Of a stretch of 64,000 nucleotides of DNA, positions 25,484-34,634 are shown in pieces. Under the pieces are notes generated by a model. That model was not told where the DNA came from and did not search any database. It saw only the letters and a list, made by a program, of their open reading frames with translations. Position 1 is the first letter of the stretch, and every line of letters begins with the position of its first letter. The position numbers and the translations under genes were made by a program. Source of the stretch: Candidatus Aerophobetes bacterium Ae_b3a (GTDB taxonomy: Bacteria; Aerophobota; Aerophobia; Aerophobales; AE-B3A); assembly GCA_005223095.1 (NCBI GenBank), contig NJBQ01000002.1, forward strand, positions 1,462 to 65,461. Direction: 5' to 3'.

Positions 25484-26317
25484 TCAATAGACCGGATCAC
25501 TACCCGCATTATGTACGATGGCCGTCAGCATATAGACACGAATACCCTCCTTAAAATTCGGCACCTGAAAGCGGACGGTCCGATCCGATACTCGTTCACA
25601 ACCCTGAATGAGCGTACACATCAAGGCCTGTTGAGAGGTGAAAAAATCAAATTCCAGCCTCATTGGCTTTTTCATCGTCAGCGGTTTGATATGTTCGATG
25701 TTTCGCAAGGCATCTGCAGCGGCGGCTCGTATGCGTTTCCGATTAACCTCCGGATGAGGGCAAATTGCAGCGAAACGGCCGTATCCTTTCTTGACGATCA
25801 CTGTCTCAATATTGCCCAGTAGATTTTTTGCTTCCGCACATGCTGCTTCGCAGCCTGTGACCAGGGCCGTTGTAATCCCGAATTCGGCACCGTATAGTGC
25901 ATTTAGTCCAATCTCACCCATCGGTTTCCCATTCACGCGAAAATTAGCTATGTTCTTTGGACACCAGGTGTGATCCAATACTCCATCAGCAGAACCCATG
26001 CGGGCGTGCAGACCGATAAGAAACTGAACATCATAATCCTCTAGTGCCTCGGCTGTCATCAGTCGTTTCGGCTTGCCTGCGAATAGATGTGCCCGATGGT
26101 CCAACAATTCCGGGATGATTTCACCACCCGAGTGATTTTCATTAACCAAGACTTCTGTAGCACCACTTTCGAAAGCTCCTTGGACAGCTGCATTCACTTC
26201 ACGAGTAGCAATCTCCCGGATTTCCTGAAGCGCAGGAGTTGAACCATTTGGCATCAGCTGATAACTGGTCACCACATTGGAAATACCTTCCATATCCATG
26301 CAAATATAGACTTTCAT
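25484..26317 (-). CDS. M55 (DppA D-aminopeptidase-like) family protein
   Basis: Start moved to ATG 26317 (AGGAGG 7 nt upstream). MKVYICMDMEGIS, VNENHSGG, GLHARMG and GEIGLNA match the metal-ligand positions of B. subtilis DppA. Confidence 0.85.
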   Translation of the reverse strand: MKVYICMDMEGISNVVTSYQLMPNGSTPALQEIREIATREVNAAVQGAFESGATEVLVNENHSGGEIIPELLDHRAHLFAGKPKRLMTAEALEDYDVQFLIGLHARMGSADGVLDHTWCPKNIANFRVNGKPMGEIGLNALYGAEFGITTALVTGCEAACAEAKNLLGNIETVIVKKGYGRFAAICPHPEVNRKRIRAAAADALRNIEHIKPLTMKKPMRLEFDFFTSQQALMCTLIQGCERVSDRTVRFQVPNFKEGIRVYMLTAIVHNAGSDPVY

Positions 26318-26468
26318 GACAGATCCTCCTGTCAAATCATTTTACCCTATCCCCTGTCATCCTAAATGTTAAAGTGAGATGTATAACGATTTTAAATCGG
26401 AGAAATTCATATGAACCGGTGAGAGATCTTGGTCTATTTCCTCCAAATAACGACGGAGAAGATAATTT

Positions 26469-26525
26469 TCAGATAGTCCACCTTGTAATCCCCAGCCCTA
26501 CCACTCCCATTTTAATCTTAGACAT
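26469..26525 (-). pseudogene. 18-codon relic of a Gfo/Idh/MocA oxidoreductase N-terminus
   Basis: Directly behind regulatory block copy B. ATG (26525), then MSKIKMGVVGLGITRWTI*. IK.G..G.G is the Rossmann start of this family, cut off after 18 codons. Confidence 0.4.
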
Positions 26526-26543
26526 CTTTTAGCCTTCTTTAAA

Positions 26544-26611
26544 ATTTAGCAGTAATATCAAAAGTTTTTGAGTAATTTTATTCTAAACCCTTTATTATCA
26601 AGTGTTTTGGT
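26544..26611 (-). promoter_or_regulatory. Conserved 5' regulatory block, copy B
   Basis: Reverse complement reads ACCAAAACACTTGATAATAAAGGGTTTAGAATAAAATTACTCAAAAACTTTTGATATTACTGCTAAAT; compare 8994-9060. Confidence 0.6.
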
Positions 26612-26633
26612 AGAGTTTTACATCCTTAATTCC

Positions 26634-27422
26634 TTATTCTATGCACTTTTTCAGATAGTTTACGCATTCAGGTAATTCTTTTTCTGCCAAACCAGGAACC
26701 TTACATTCTAAAGCCATATATTTATCATATCCTATTTTTTTTAAAGGAGTAAATCGAGCTTTAAAGTCAGTATGTCCATAGCCCGGCAACAGTCGATTAG
26801 AGTCAGCTAAATGAATATGATGGATGAAATCCTTTCCCTTTTTAATAGCCTCATCTATTTTTGCCTCCTCAATACTCATATGGAAAAAGTCAGGCATAAC
26901 TCTTATCCCTGCACTGTTTACCTTCTTAACTATCTCAATTGCTTGCCCTACTGTCTTGACTAAATGGGTTTCATACCGATTTAAAGGCTCGAGAAGACAT
27001 AAACAATCCACCTTTTCTGCTTTTTCTCCTATTTCTCTCAGAAGCTTCACCAGAAGAGCTTTTTCTATGTCCTCTGTTTTCTTCCAAGGGGAGAGATCGG
27101 GAAGCTGAGGCGGACCAAAAATGGGCACTACTATAAGGCCAACTACTCCAAGATCTGAGCCTATGCTCAGAAGATCCTTTATATCTTTGACGGCGATATC
27201 TCTTTCCCTTTTTTCTGCGCTGAGCAAGGAGCCCCTATATCCTGCACAGATGGTACTTATTTTTATTCTGCTTTTAGAGATAGATTTTGTAATTTCATCT
27301 ACTCTATTTGTAAGATTTGTCCCCCAAACCTCAATTGCCTGAAAACCGTATTCTTCAGCCCTGTGCATTTTCTCCAAAAAGCTTTTCCCAGGAATCAAAT
27401 TTTCTTGTATAGCTAGCTTCAT
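26634..27422 (-). CDS. Sugar phosphate isomerase/epimerase (xylose isomerase-like TIM barrel)
   Basis: 262 aa. FQAIEVWG, LLEPLNRYE, MPDFFHM and HIHLADSN motifs. Confidence 0.85.
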   Translation of the reverse strand: MKLAIQENLIPGKSFLEKMHRAEEYGFQAIEVWGTNLTNRVDEITKSISKSRIKISTICAGYRGSLLSAEKRERDIAVKDIKDLLSIGSDLGVVGLIVVPIFGPPQLPDLSPWKKTEDIEKALLVKLLREIGEKAEKVDCLCLLEPLNRYETHLVKTVGQAIEIVKKVNSAGIRVMPDFFHMSIEEAKIDEAIKKGKDFIHHIHLADSNRLLPGYGHTDFKARFTPLKKIGYDKYMALECKVPGLAEKELPECVNYLKKCIE

Positions 27423-28465
27423 TCTTCTCCCCTTCTGTATTTAACTGCCAGCTTAATCCATCTGTCAGGATGCTCATCAATTGTCCTGTAGGCTTCAAGA
27501 ACATCACCAAAATCTACTATATGAAGTAAGTCGTTTATGCTAAGATTCTTTTTCTGAAAAAGTTCAATAACTGTTTTATATATACGCTGCCTATCCCAAC
27601 GAGGATGATCTCTATATGGTTCGCTTTCTACCCTAATTCCAGAGACCATTGTATAACGATTTAAGTGCCACTCGTCTCCTAAATTTAAGTCCTTTGCCTC
27701 TCCATGATAAAAGGAGACTGGGACTATCCTTCCACCATATCTTACCCCTCTGATAGCCTGATGGAGAGCCTTGTATGAACCACTTACCTCTATTGCTATA
27801 TCAACTCCTTTTTTCTCTGTGGCTAATTTTATTTCCAATCCAGCATCTGATGCAGTTGGATCTATGGTAAGATCTGCTCCATACTTTTTAGCTAATTTCC
27901 TTCTGCTTGAAACTGGGTCTATCCCTACGATGAATGTAGCTCCAGAGAGCTTTGCCATTTGTACTACTAATAAGCCTATAGCACCCAGGCCGAATATTGC
28001 CACTTTGTCTCCAAGACTGAAGCGGGCTTCACGCACCGACATTAAGGCAACAACTGCAGGATCGATACATACGATTTGCTCGTCCCTTAAACCAGGAGGA
28101 ACAAGATACACTCTATCCTCTTCTATACTATGGTTTTTGCGTATAGGCAGATAACCCCAAACTCTGTCACCTACTTTAAAACGAGCCACCTCTTTACCTA
28201 CCTTTGTCACTGTTCCAACAGTGATATTTCCTAAATGCAATGGGAAAATTGAGGTTCCGCCTTTTTGAGGAAGAAAAAGCTCTAGTTCATCATCCCATGT
28301 TTTCTCGCTATGGGAGGTAAGTCCTTTGTAGAATGTGACAGTGGTACCGTGCTTCTCAGCTGAAAGTTCACTTCTTATACATACCTGATTTAGCTCGGGT
28401 GATTTTTCCTCATATCTTCTTAGAATTATTTGTCCTGGAGCAATTGCTACAATCTCTTTTGACAT
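27419..28465 (-). CDS. MDR-superfamily dehydrogenase (zinc-binding dehydrogenase-like)
   Basis: 348 aa. GLGAIGLLVVQ Rossmann motif and a GroES-like N-terminal domain. Overlaps the downstream gene by 4 nt. Confidence 0.8.
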   Translation of the reverse strand: MSKEIVAIAPGQIILRRYEEKSPELNQVCIRSELSAEKHGTTVTFYKGLTSHSEKTWDDELELFLPQKGGTSIFPLHLGNITVGTVTKVGKEVARFKVGDRVWGYLPIRKNHSIEEDRVYLVPPGLRDEQIVCIDPAVVALMSVREARFSLGDKVAIFGLGAIGLLVVQMAKLSGATFIVGIDPVSSRRKLAKKYGADLTIDPTASDAGLEIKLATEKKGVDIAIEVSGSYKALHQAIRGVRYGGRIVPVSFYHGEAKDLNLGDEWHLNRYTMVSGIRVESEPYRDHPRWDRQRIYKTVIELFQKKNLSINDLLHIVDFGDVLEAYRTIDEHPDRWIKLAVKYRRGEE

Positions 28466-28586
28466 AACTTATCCTCCTATAGAGTAATTAATTTTAGGTA
28501 AGAAAAATAAAGGAAGCGCTATAAGCATATCTGCGAAGGTGAAGCCATGAAACAGATAGAATTACTGAGCATCGTATTGCTCTAAC

Positions 28587-29420
28587 CTACTTTATGGTAC
28601 CGGCAGTTATACCTTTAATAAAATGCCGGTGGAGAAGAAGATAAAAGCCAACTATAGGTAAACTCATAATGGTTGCTCCAGCAAAGATAAGACCATAATC
28701 CTGAGTGTAGCGGCCTTGGAAAAACATCAATCCTAAAGTGAGGGGGTGTAGTTCTTCGCGTTGCAAAAATAGGAGAGGGATGAGCAATTCATTCCATGTC
28801 CATAAAGACTGAAGTACAGCTAGCGTACTTATAGCTGGCAGAGCTAAAGGTAGCATAATCTTCAGAAAGATCTGTAAATCACTGCAACCATCAACACGTG
28901 CCGCATCCATTACCTCAGTGGGTATACTTTTGAAGAAAGCTCTCATCATAAATGTTCCGAAAGGAAGTCCGAATCCAATGGCTGGCAAGATAACAGCTGG
29001 GTAAGTGGAAATGATTCCTATGTCCAACATCAGATAATACAGTGGTATCATGACGGCTTGGAAGGGGAGAGTTAGCCCAAACAGGGAAACATAAAACAGG
29101 ATGTCACGACCGTAAAATTGCAGTTTACCAAATGCATAACCTGCTAAACTGGAAAGAAAAATCACTCCCGCAGCAGTTGGAACAGTTATAATCACGCTAT
29201 TAAGAGTATACTTACTAAATCTGCCTACATTCCATGCTTTAGTCAAATTATCAATATGAAGTTTAGACGGAGGAGCAAACGGGTTAATGAATATTTCCAT
29301 ATGAGTTTTAAGAGCAGAGGACCATACCCAGATTAAAGGCGTCAAACTAACAACAGCAAATATTATTACCACCACATACCGTGGTAAACCGCAAAACATC
29401 TTTGCTATTTTAAGCTTCAT
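28587..29420 (-). CDS. Carbohydrate ABC transporter permease (CUT1, MalG-like)
   Basis: 277 aa. AARVDGCSDLQIFLKIMLPLALPAI EAA loop. Confidence 0.9.
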   Translation of the reverse strand: MKLKIAKMFCGLPRYVVVIIFAVVSLTPLIWVWSSALKTHMEIFINPFAPPSKLHIDNLTKAWNVGRFSKYTLNSVIITVPTAAGVIFLSSLAGYAFGKLQFYGRDILFYVSLFGLTLPFQAVMIPLYYLMLDIGIISTYPAVILPAIGFGLPFGTFMMRAFFKSIPTEVMDAARVDGCSDLQIFLKIMLPLALPAISTLAVLQSLWTWNELLIPLLFLQREELHPLTLGLMFFQGRYTQDYGLIFAGATIMSLPIVGFYLLLHRHFIKGITAGTIK

Positions 29421-30302
29421 TCAAGCAATTCTTTCTCTTAGACGGATAAATAACACTGATACAACTATCACGAAAAATGCTAAAACGATAGCAATAGCTG
29501 CCGCGTAACCTACGTAATTAATTTGAAAAGCTTGTTTGAATAAATAGGTAGCTAGAAGTTCTGTAGCACCTGCTGGTCCTCCCCGGGTCGTTACAAATAC
29601 TAAATCAAACACCTTGAATCCCCCAATTAGTGTATATAATATAATCATAGTTAATACATTTCTCATTTGAGGAACTATAACATAGAAAAAACGCTGCAAT
29701 GAATTAGCTCCATCAATTTTGGCTGCGTCTATCAAAGAGATATCGACATTCTGGAGCCCAGCCAAAAAAATAATAACGCAAAATCCGTAATACTGCCATG
29801 CAGCTGCGATGATGAGAGCTGGTAGTGCTGTTGAAGTATCGCCTAGCCAGGCTCTCGTCAACGAGTTCAAGCCTATCATACGGAGAAATTCATTGGCAAT
29901 CCCAAATACGGGGTTATAGATCCAACCCCATATAATACCTACCACCACTGAGGACAGTACTAACGGCATAAAATAGATTGTACGAAATACCTGGAACCCT
30001 TTCACACCACTCCAAAGGATTACTGCTAGTGGCAAACCAATAACTATAGGAAGAGAGGTTCCTATCAGAATCCAAATCAAATTATGATACAGACTTTTAA
30101 GGAAAAAGGGGTCCTTCCACATTCTAACATAATTGGCCATTCCTACGAAATGCTTGACGCGCTCAAAGCCATCCCAGTTTGTGAAACTCAGTTGCAGGGT
30201 TCCAAATACGGGATACAAAACAAAAATAACATAGACTAGAAATGGGAAAAATATAAAAGAATATCCTATTAGGTTATTCCTCCAATATCTGCTGCGAGTC
30301 AC
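29421..30302 (-). CDS. Carbohydrate ABC transporter permease (CUT1, MalF-like)
   Basis: 293 aa. AAKIDGANSLQRFFYVIVPQMRNVL EAA loop. Confidence 0.9.
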   Translation of the reverse strand: MTRSRYWRNNLIGYSFIFFPFLVYVIFVLYPVFGTLQLSFTNWDGFERVKHFVGMANYVRMWKDPFFLKSLYHNLIWILIGTSLPIVIGLPLAVILWSGVKGFQVFRTIYFMPLVLSSVVVGIIWGWIYNPVFGIANEFLRMIGLNSLTRAWLGDTSTALPALIIAAAWQYYGFCVIIFLAGLQNVDISLIDAAKIDGANSLQRFFYVIVPQMRNVLTMIILYTLIGGFKVFDLVFVTTRGGPAGATELLATYLFKQAFQINYVGYAAAIAIVLAFFVIVVSVLFIRLRERIA

Positions 30303-30379
30303 TGTTTATTCCTTTTCTTCAGATTGAGGGTGCTTGGGGAGAACATGAAGTGAGTTCTCCCCAATCTACCCAAAAAAAT

Positions 30380-31687
30380 TTACTCAATCAATCCCATTTC
30401 TTTAGCCTTTTCCCATTCAGTCTGCAGGTCAGCCGCCTGTTCTCGAGGTGTCTTCTGTCCTGCCATAACCGCTTGAAAGCCATCTCCTTGCATCAGGTTA
30501 AAATTCGTAGGAGCATAAATGTCTATGTTATATCCCATACTGAATCCTTTTTCCACTACATCACTCAAACTTTGAACAACGAAAGACATTAACGGTGAGA
30601 GCTCAAGACCAGTGGTATCAAAGGAAATGGGAGCAATTCTCTTACCTTCTCCTAGCCATATCCTCGCTGCACTTTCGGTGTATCGATAGTTTAGAATTGA
30701 GGCGGCGACTTCTGGGCGAGCTGTTGCACTAGAAATAAACGCTGCGGAACCAAACCCTGCAGGAGGGGCAATGGGACGGCCTTCTATCGAAGGGAAATAG
30801 AAAAAACCCGTTTCGAAATCTTTAACGTATTCTTCTATCGAGCCAAGCAGCCAGGTTCCAGTGATATGCATGGCAGCCCTACCGGCATAATAAAGCATAT
30901 TGCCGTCATCGTAGGTTACCCCATTAGTACCCGGAATGAAATAGCCTTTGCCGTACATATCTACAAAGAACAATTTTATCGCCTTCTCGACTTCAGGAGT
31001 ATCCCATCGACCATTGCCAAATAGAATCTCTCCTGTCTTTTCCGCCCCAATGAGGTTATTGACAAATATGCTAAACTGATGATAGGCAGGCCATTTAGCT
31101 TGATTAGCAAAGGCAATTGGGATATACCCTCCAGATTTCAATTTTTCACAAACACCGAGGAACTCCTGGTAGGTGTTGGGAACACTAAGCCCCATTTGTT
31201 TGAAGATATCTTGATTGTAGTAAACACCTATAAACTCAAGTTCATCGGCAATGCCATATACGTGGCCGCCCAAAGTCGTAAGGGGTTTTGACCACGGGAA
31301 GATTCTTTCATTCCAACCGTATTCTTCGTAGAATGTATCCAGAGGTAAAAGTAACCCTGCTTTGGCTAAGTGGCGCCAATAACCACCAGCTGTAAGATCA
31401 TTAATGATGTCCGGGCCTGTTCCCGAGCTTAAAGCTGGCTTAATCAAAGGGTGCATCTGCTCTGATGTTCCCACCGCCTGACGTAGAATCTGCACCTGCG
31501 GATGTAGTTTTTCAAAAGATGCATATATTTCCTCACAAGCTCGATCGGATGCTCCTTCTGTAAACCCATCCCATATTGTAACAGAGATTTTCTGTGCATT
31601 GGCCATAGAAAAACTCAATCCTAGTATGAACATCCCTACTAACATTAGCGTAATTATTTTTTTTACTTTTTGTCTAGTGAAAACCAT
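30380..31687 (-). CDS. Extracellular sugar-binding protein of ABC transporter (family 1 SBP)
   Basis: 435 aa. Signal peptide MVFTRQKVKKIITLMLVGMFILGLSFSMANA. First gene of the SBP-permease-permease unit. No ATPase gene in the locus. Confidence 0.9.
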   Translation of the reverse strand: MVFTRQKVKKIITLMLVGMFILGLSFSMANAQKISVTIWDGFTEGASDRACEEIYASFEKLHPQVQILRQAVGTSEQMHPLIKPALSSGTGPDIINDLTAGGYWRHLAKAGLLLPLDTFYEEYGWNERIFPWSKPLTTLGGHVYGIADELEFIGVYYNQDIFKQMGLSVPNTYQEFLGVCEKLKSGGYIPIAFANQAKWPAYHQFSIFVNNLIGAEKTGEILFGNGRWDTPEVEKAIKLFFVDMYGKGYFIPGTNGVTYDDGNMLYYAGRAAMHITGTWLLGSIEEYVKDFETGFFYFPSIEGRPIAPPAGFGSAAFISSATARPEVAASILNYRYTESAARIWLGEGKRIAPISFDTTGLELSPLMSFVVQSLSDVVEKGFSMGYNIDIYAPTNFNLMQGDGFQAVMAGQKTPREQAADLQTEWEKAKEMGLIE

Positions 31688-31906
31688 TTGAATCTCCTTC
31701 TTCTATAATTGGATTTAGTTAAGGATCTGTGTCTCTAAAGCAGCTATCATCACCTCCTTAACTTGATTTTTTGACCCTTATACTCTAACTATAGTTACTT
31801 CCTGAGGTGGATAAGGAATCACTATGACGTATTTCGTCAGTATTTATGCGTCAAAGAGTCTATTTTTACTTAACTTTTTACCAGAGTCTTGGTTATTTCA
31901 AGTTTT

Positions 31907-31934
31907 ATTCTATATTATTATGAAATTCTGTCAA
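31907..31934 (-). promoter_or_regulatory. Putative promoter of the SBP-permease operon
   Basis: Minus strand: TTGACA (rc 31929-31934), 16 nt, TAGAAT (rc 31907-31912), about 220 nt upstream of the ATG at 31687. Confidence 0.35.
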
Positions 31935-31982
31935 AAACTTCTTTCTCTTGGCTATAATGATACTGCACACTTTCTTAAGAAA
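31925..31982 (+). repeat. 57-bp promoter-region repeat, copy b (perfect 30-nt core 31944-31973)
   Basis: ATTCTGTCAAAAACTTCTTTCTCTTGGCTATAATGATACTGCACACTTTCTTAAGAA; compare 6933-6988. Confidence 0.8.
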
Positions 31983-32007
31983 AAACAACAGAAGAGTTTA
32001 TGTTTCC

Positions 32008-32202
32008 TCATTTCCATAGTATGAATCGTTCAAGTTCTTCTAACCACAAGATAGTTGAAGGAATATCTACCGGGACTAAAAGCAACCTCTTCATTTCTTG
32101 GTCCAGTTTTAAAAGTGAAATAGAACATCCGGCCATGTCGAGAGAAGTTACATATTCACCAATATAGGTTTTGAATATCTTAATATTCTGTTTTTTAGGT
32201 AG
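32008..32202 (-). pseudogene. dhaK: C-terminal relic of dihydroxyacetone kinase subunit DhaK
   Basis: Not in ORF track. Minus frame reads LPKKQNIKIFKTYIGEYVTSLDMAGCSISLLKLDQEMKRLLLVPVDIPSTILWLEELERFILWK*. It matches the E. coli DhaK C-terminus (VGNYCTSLDM.GFSITLLKVDDETLALWDAPVHTPAL) as recalled. Preceded by in-frame stops. Confidence 0.65.
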
Positions 32203-32270
32203 CTAGCCACTTTTCTAAAAACAATGTATAGCTCCATTATGGGAGATTTCAGTCCGATTCCAACCTTCTG

Positions 32271-33593
32271 TTATCCAAGTTTCATTTTGGCCATGTAGGC
32301 ACAGCCCTTCAGAGAGCAGTTATCCTTTGCTACAATATTAAATCCTGAGAATAACCTTCTTCTATAGCTCATTAGAGTCTCGTTTACTCCTCCCCCGGTA
32401 AGATATATAGTCCTATCCAGATCTATGAGTTTAGCCATTTTTTTGAGAGTTTTTTTCATACGCCCCACTGTTCCCTCCATCAAAGCAAAGACACAATCAT
32501 CCCTGCTGGAACTCAGAGTAAGACCGGAAAAAGAAGCCTTTTTCTGTCTTAGGCTGGTTCTGTCTCCGGCAAGATAAGGATTGAAATTAACAGAAGAGCT
32601 CATCTTCTTTTCCATAAGCTTTCTCAGATATGAACTGTAAAACTCCTCTTTACTCATTTCTCTGCAAAACTGGGACCGAAACCACTCCAGGGCAAATCCA
32701 CCAGTTGTGATATCAAACATAAGCCACTTATTGAGAAGAGGATGCGTACGCAGGTAATATTTTTCATGCGGAATGGGTCGATCCATACATATGGTTAAAA
32801 TTTCTGAACTCCCCGAAATGTTGAGAATCTGGCCGCCCTTAAGTACTCCTGCCCCAAGCGCCGCACTTGAGGTATCGTTTGAGCCCATTATTACAGGTGT
32901 CCCGCATCTCATGCCTGTGCTCCTGGCGACTTCTCGGGTAACGTTACCCACAATCTCGGTTGAGGGAATAACCGGGGGAAGTTTTTCAAGAGGAATCTCC
33001 AGCTCTCGGGCAATCTCTTCACTCCAGTCTGAGTAGGCTACGGTATTGTAAAGACCTGTAAGTGAGGCATTAGTGGGGTCAATACTCCACCTACCGGTGA
33101 GTCTTTTCACAAAAAAGGTATTCATATGGCCAAACTTAAAGGCTTTTTCAAAGATTTGTTTTTCCTTTTCTTTAAGCCACAGAATACTGGTTACAGAGAT
33201 ACCTCCCGGATAGGGTATGTTGCCGGCTATGTGAAGAAACTTTTCCTTGCCCACCTTGGCAAGAGCCTCTTTAGCCTGTTTAACACTTCTTCTATCCCAG
33301 TGGATAATAGCAGGGTAAAGAGCGTTGCCATCCTCATCCAAGGCAATCAAAGCAGGACTGAACACACATGGTACAACCGTTTCTACCTGGCTTAAATAAT
33401 CTCTCAGTCCATCCATAACTTTCAGAAAGGCTTTCCATATCTCTTCTGGCTCTATCTGAACACACATCCCAAACGAATGGTAAGAGTATTCAGCCTGGCG
33501 CACAACAAACAACTGATAACTCTTGTTAAATAATCCAGCTTTCAGGGAAGATGTTCCAATATCTATCGCTAATATATAGGATTTTTTGTTCAA
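32271..33593 (-). CDS. FGGY-family carbohydrate kinase (short form)
   Basis: 440 aa. ILAIDIGTSSLKAGLF phosphate-1 motif. GSNDTSSAALG. C-terminal GGG motif TGGGVN. Confidence 0.85.
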   Translation of the reverse strand: MNKKSYILAIDIGTSSLKAGLFNKSYQLFVVRQAEYSYHSFGMCVQIEPEEIWKAFLKVMDGLRDYLSQVETVVPCVFSPALIALDEDGNALYPAIIHWDRRSVKQAKEALAKVGKEKFLHIAGNIPYPGGISVTSILWLKEKEKQIFEKAFKFGHMNTFFVKRLTGRWSIDPTNASLTGLYNTVAYSDWSEEIARELEIPLEKLPPVIPSTEIVGNVTREVARSTGMRCGTPVIMGSNDTSSAALGAGVLKGGQILNISGSSEILTICMDRPIPHEKYYLRTHPLLNKWLMFDITTGGFALEWFRSQFCREMSKEEFYSSYLRKLMEKKMSSSVNFNPYLAGDRTSLRQKKASFSGLTLSSSRDDCVFALMEGTVGRMKKTLKKMAKLIDLDRTIYLTGGGVNETLMSYRRRLFSGFNIVAKDNCSLKGCAYMAKMKLG

Positions 33594-34628
33594 TTAAGAC
33601 GCTCTTTTGTTCTGAATCTTCTTAATAAGTCGACCTTCTTTGATGAAGCCAGCTTCTTCTAGTTCCTTTCGGTTAAAGATATTCTTCGGCAGTCTGCCGG
33701 AGAAAAGATCGAGAACTGCCTGTGCAGCTCCCCTGGCCAAGCGGGAGACACACTCTTTTGTTAGTGATGCTGAGTGAGGCGAGAGAATAACGTTTTCCAT
33801 CTTTAAGAGAGGGTTATTCTTAAAAGGGGGCTCTTGCCTAAATACGTCCAGGGCAGCACCAGCAATTTTACCTTCTTTGAGGGCTTTGATTAAAGCCTCC
33901 TCATCTACCACTGTTCCCCGGGAGGTATTGATAAAATAAGCAGATTCTTTCATCCTGCTTAATATGTCCCAGCTAATTAGGTTGCGCGTTTGAGCAGTAC
34001 CTGCCACATGCACGGATACAAAATCAGCTTCCTGAAAAACCTGGCCAATATCACTGCAAAATTGGATACCATCCTTCGTTTCGCTCCCCCTAGAGAGAAA
34101 AGGATCATATCCCAGGACCCGCATATTAAAAGCCCCCTGACAGATCCTGGCAACTCGGGAACCTATATTACCTACTCCAATGAGCCCCAGAACCTTACCC
34201 TTTAAATCTGCGGCTTCGTACCTATTCCGACTGTTCCAATTTCCTTGTCGGGTCCATTTGTCCATAAATGGTAGGCGTTTGGCAAGGATGAGAATGAAAG
34301 CAACGGTGTGTTCAGCCACAGATAGACTATTGACTCCCGGAAGGTTACATACCAGGATTCCCCCTTTGGTAGCTGCTCGAACATCCACATTGTCTACGCC
34401 GGCTCCTGTTCGTGAGATAATTTGAAGGATTTTCGCCTGGGCAATCACCCCTTTGCTCACCCGGGAAGTAGTGCGCAGTATAACCCCATGAACATCTCTG
34501 CATAATTTACGCATTGTTGCCTCAGAGGTGTCCGGAGCAATGATTATTTCAGCTTTTCCTTTGAGCAATTTCATCCCAGTTTCATGAATAGGCTGGGATA
34601 AAAGCACTTTTTTCATACAAGACCTCAT
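33594..34628 (-). CDS. D-isomer-specific 2-hydroxyacid dehydrogenase (phosphoglycerate dehydrogenase-like)
   Basis: 344 aa. GLIGVGNIGSRVA NAD motif and the SRG..VD / ALDVF catalytic region. Alternative start at 34616. Confidence 0.85.
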   Translation of the reverse strand: MRSCMKKVLLSQPIHETGMKLLKGKAEIIIAPDTSEATMRKLCRDVHGVILRTTSRVSKGVIAQAKILQIISRTGAGVDNVDVRAATKGGILVCNLPGVNSLSVAEHTVAFILILAKRLPFMDKWTRQGNWNSRNRYEAADLKGKVLGLIGVGNIGSRVARICQGAFNMRVLGYDPFLSRGSETKDGIQFCSDIGQVFQEADFVSVHVAGTAQTRNLISWDILSRMKESAYFINTSRGTVVDEEALIKALKEGKIAGAALDVFRQEPPFKNNPLLKMENVILSPHSASLTKECVSRLARGAAQAVLDLFSGRLPKNIFNRKELEEAGFIKEGRLIKKIQNKRAS

Positions 34629-34634
34629 TTGGCT

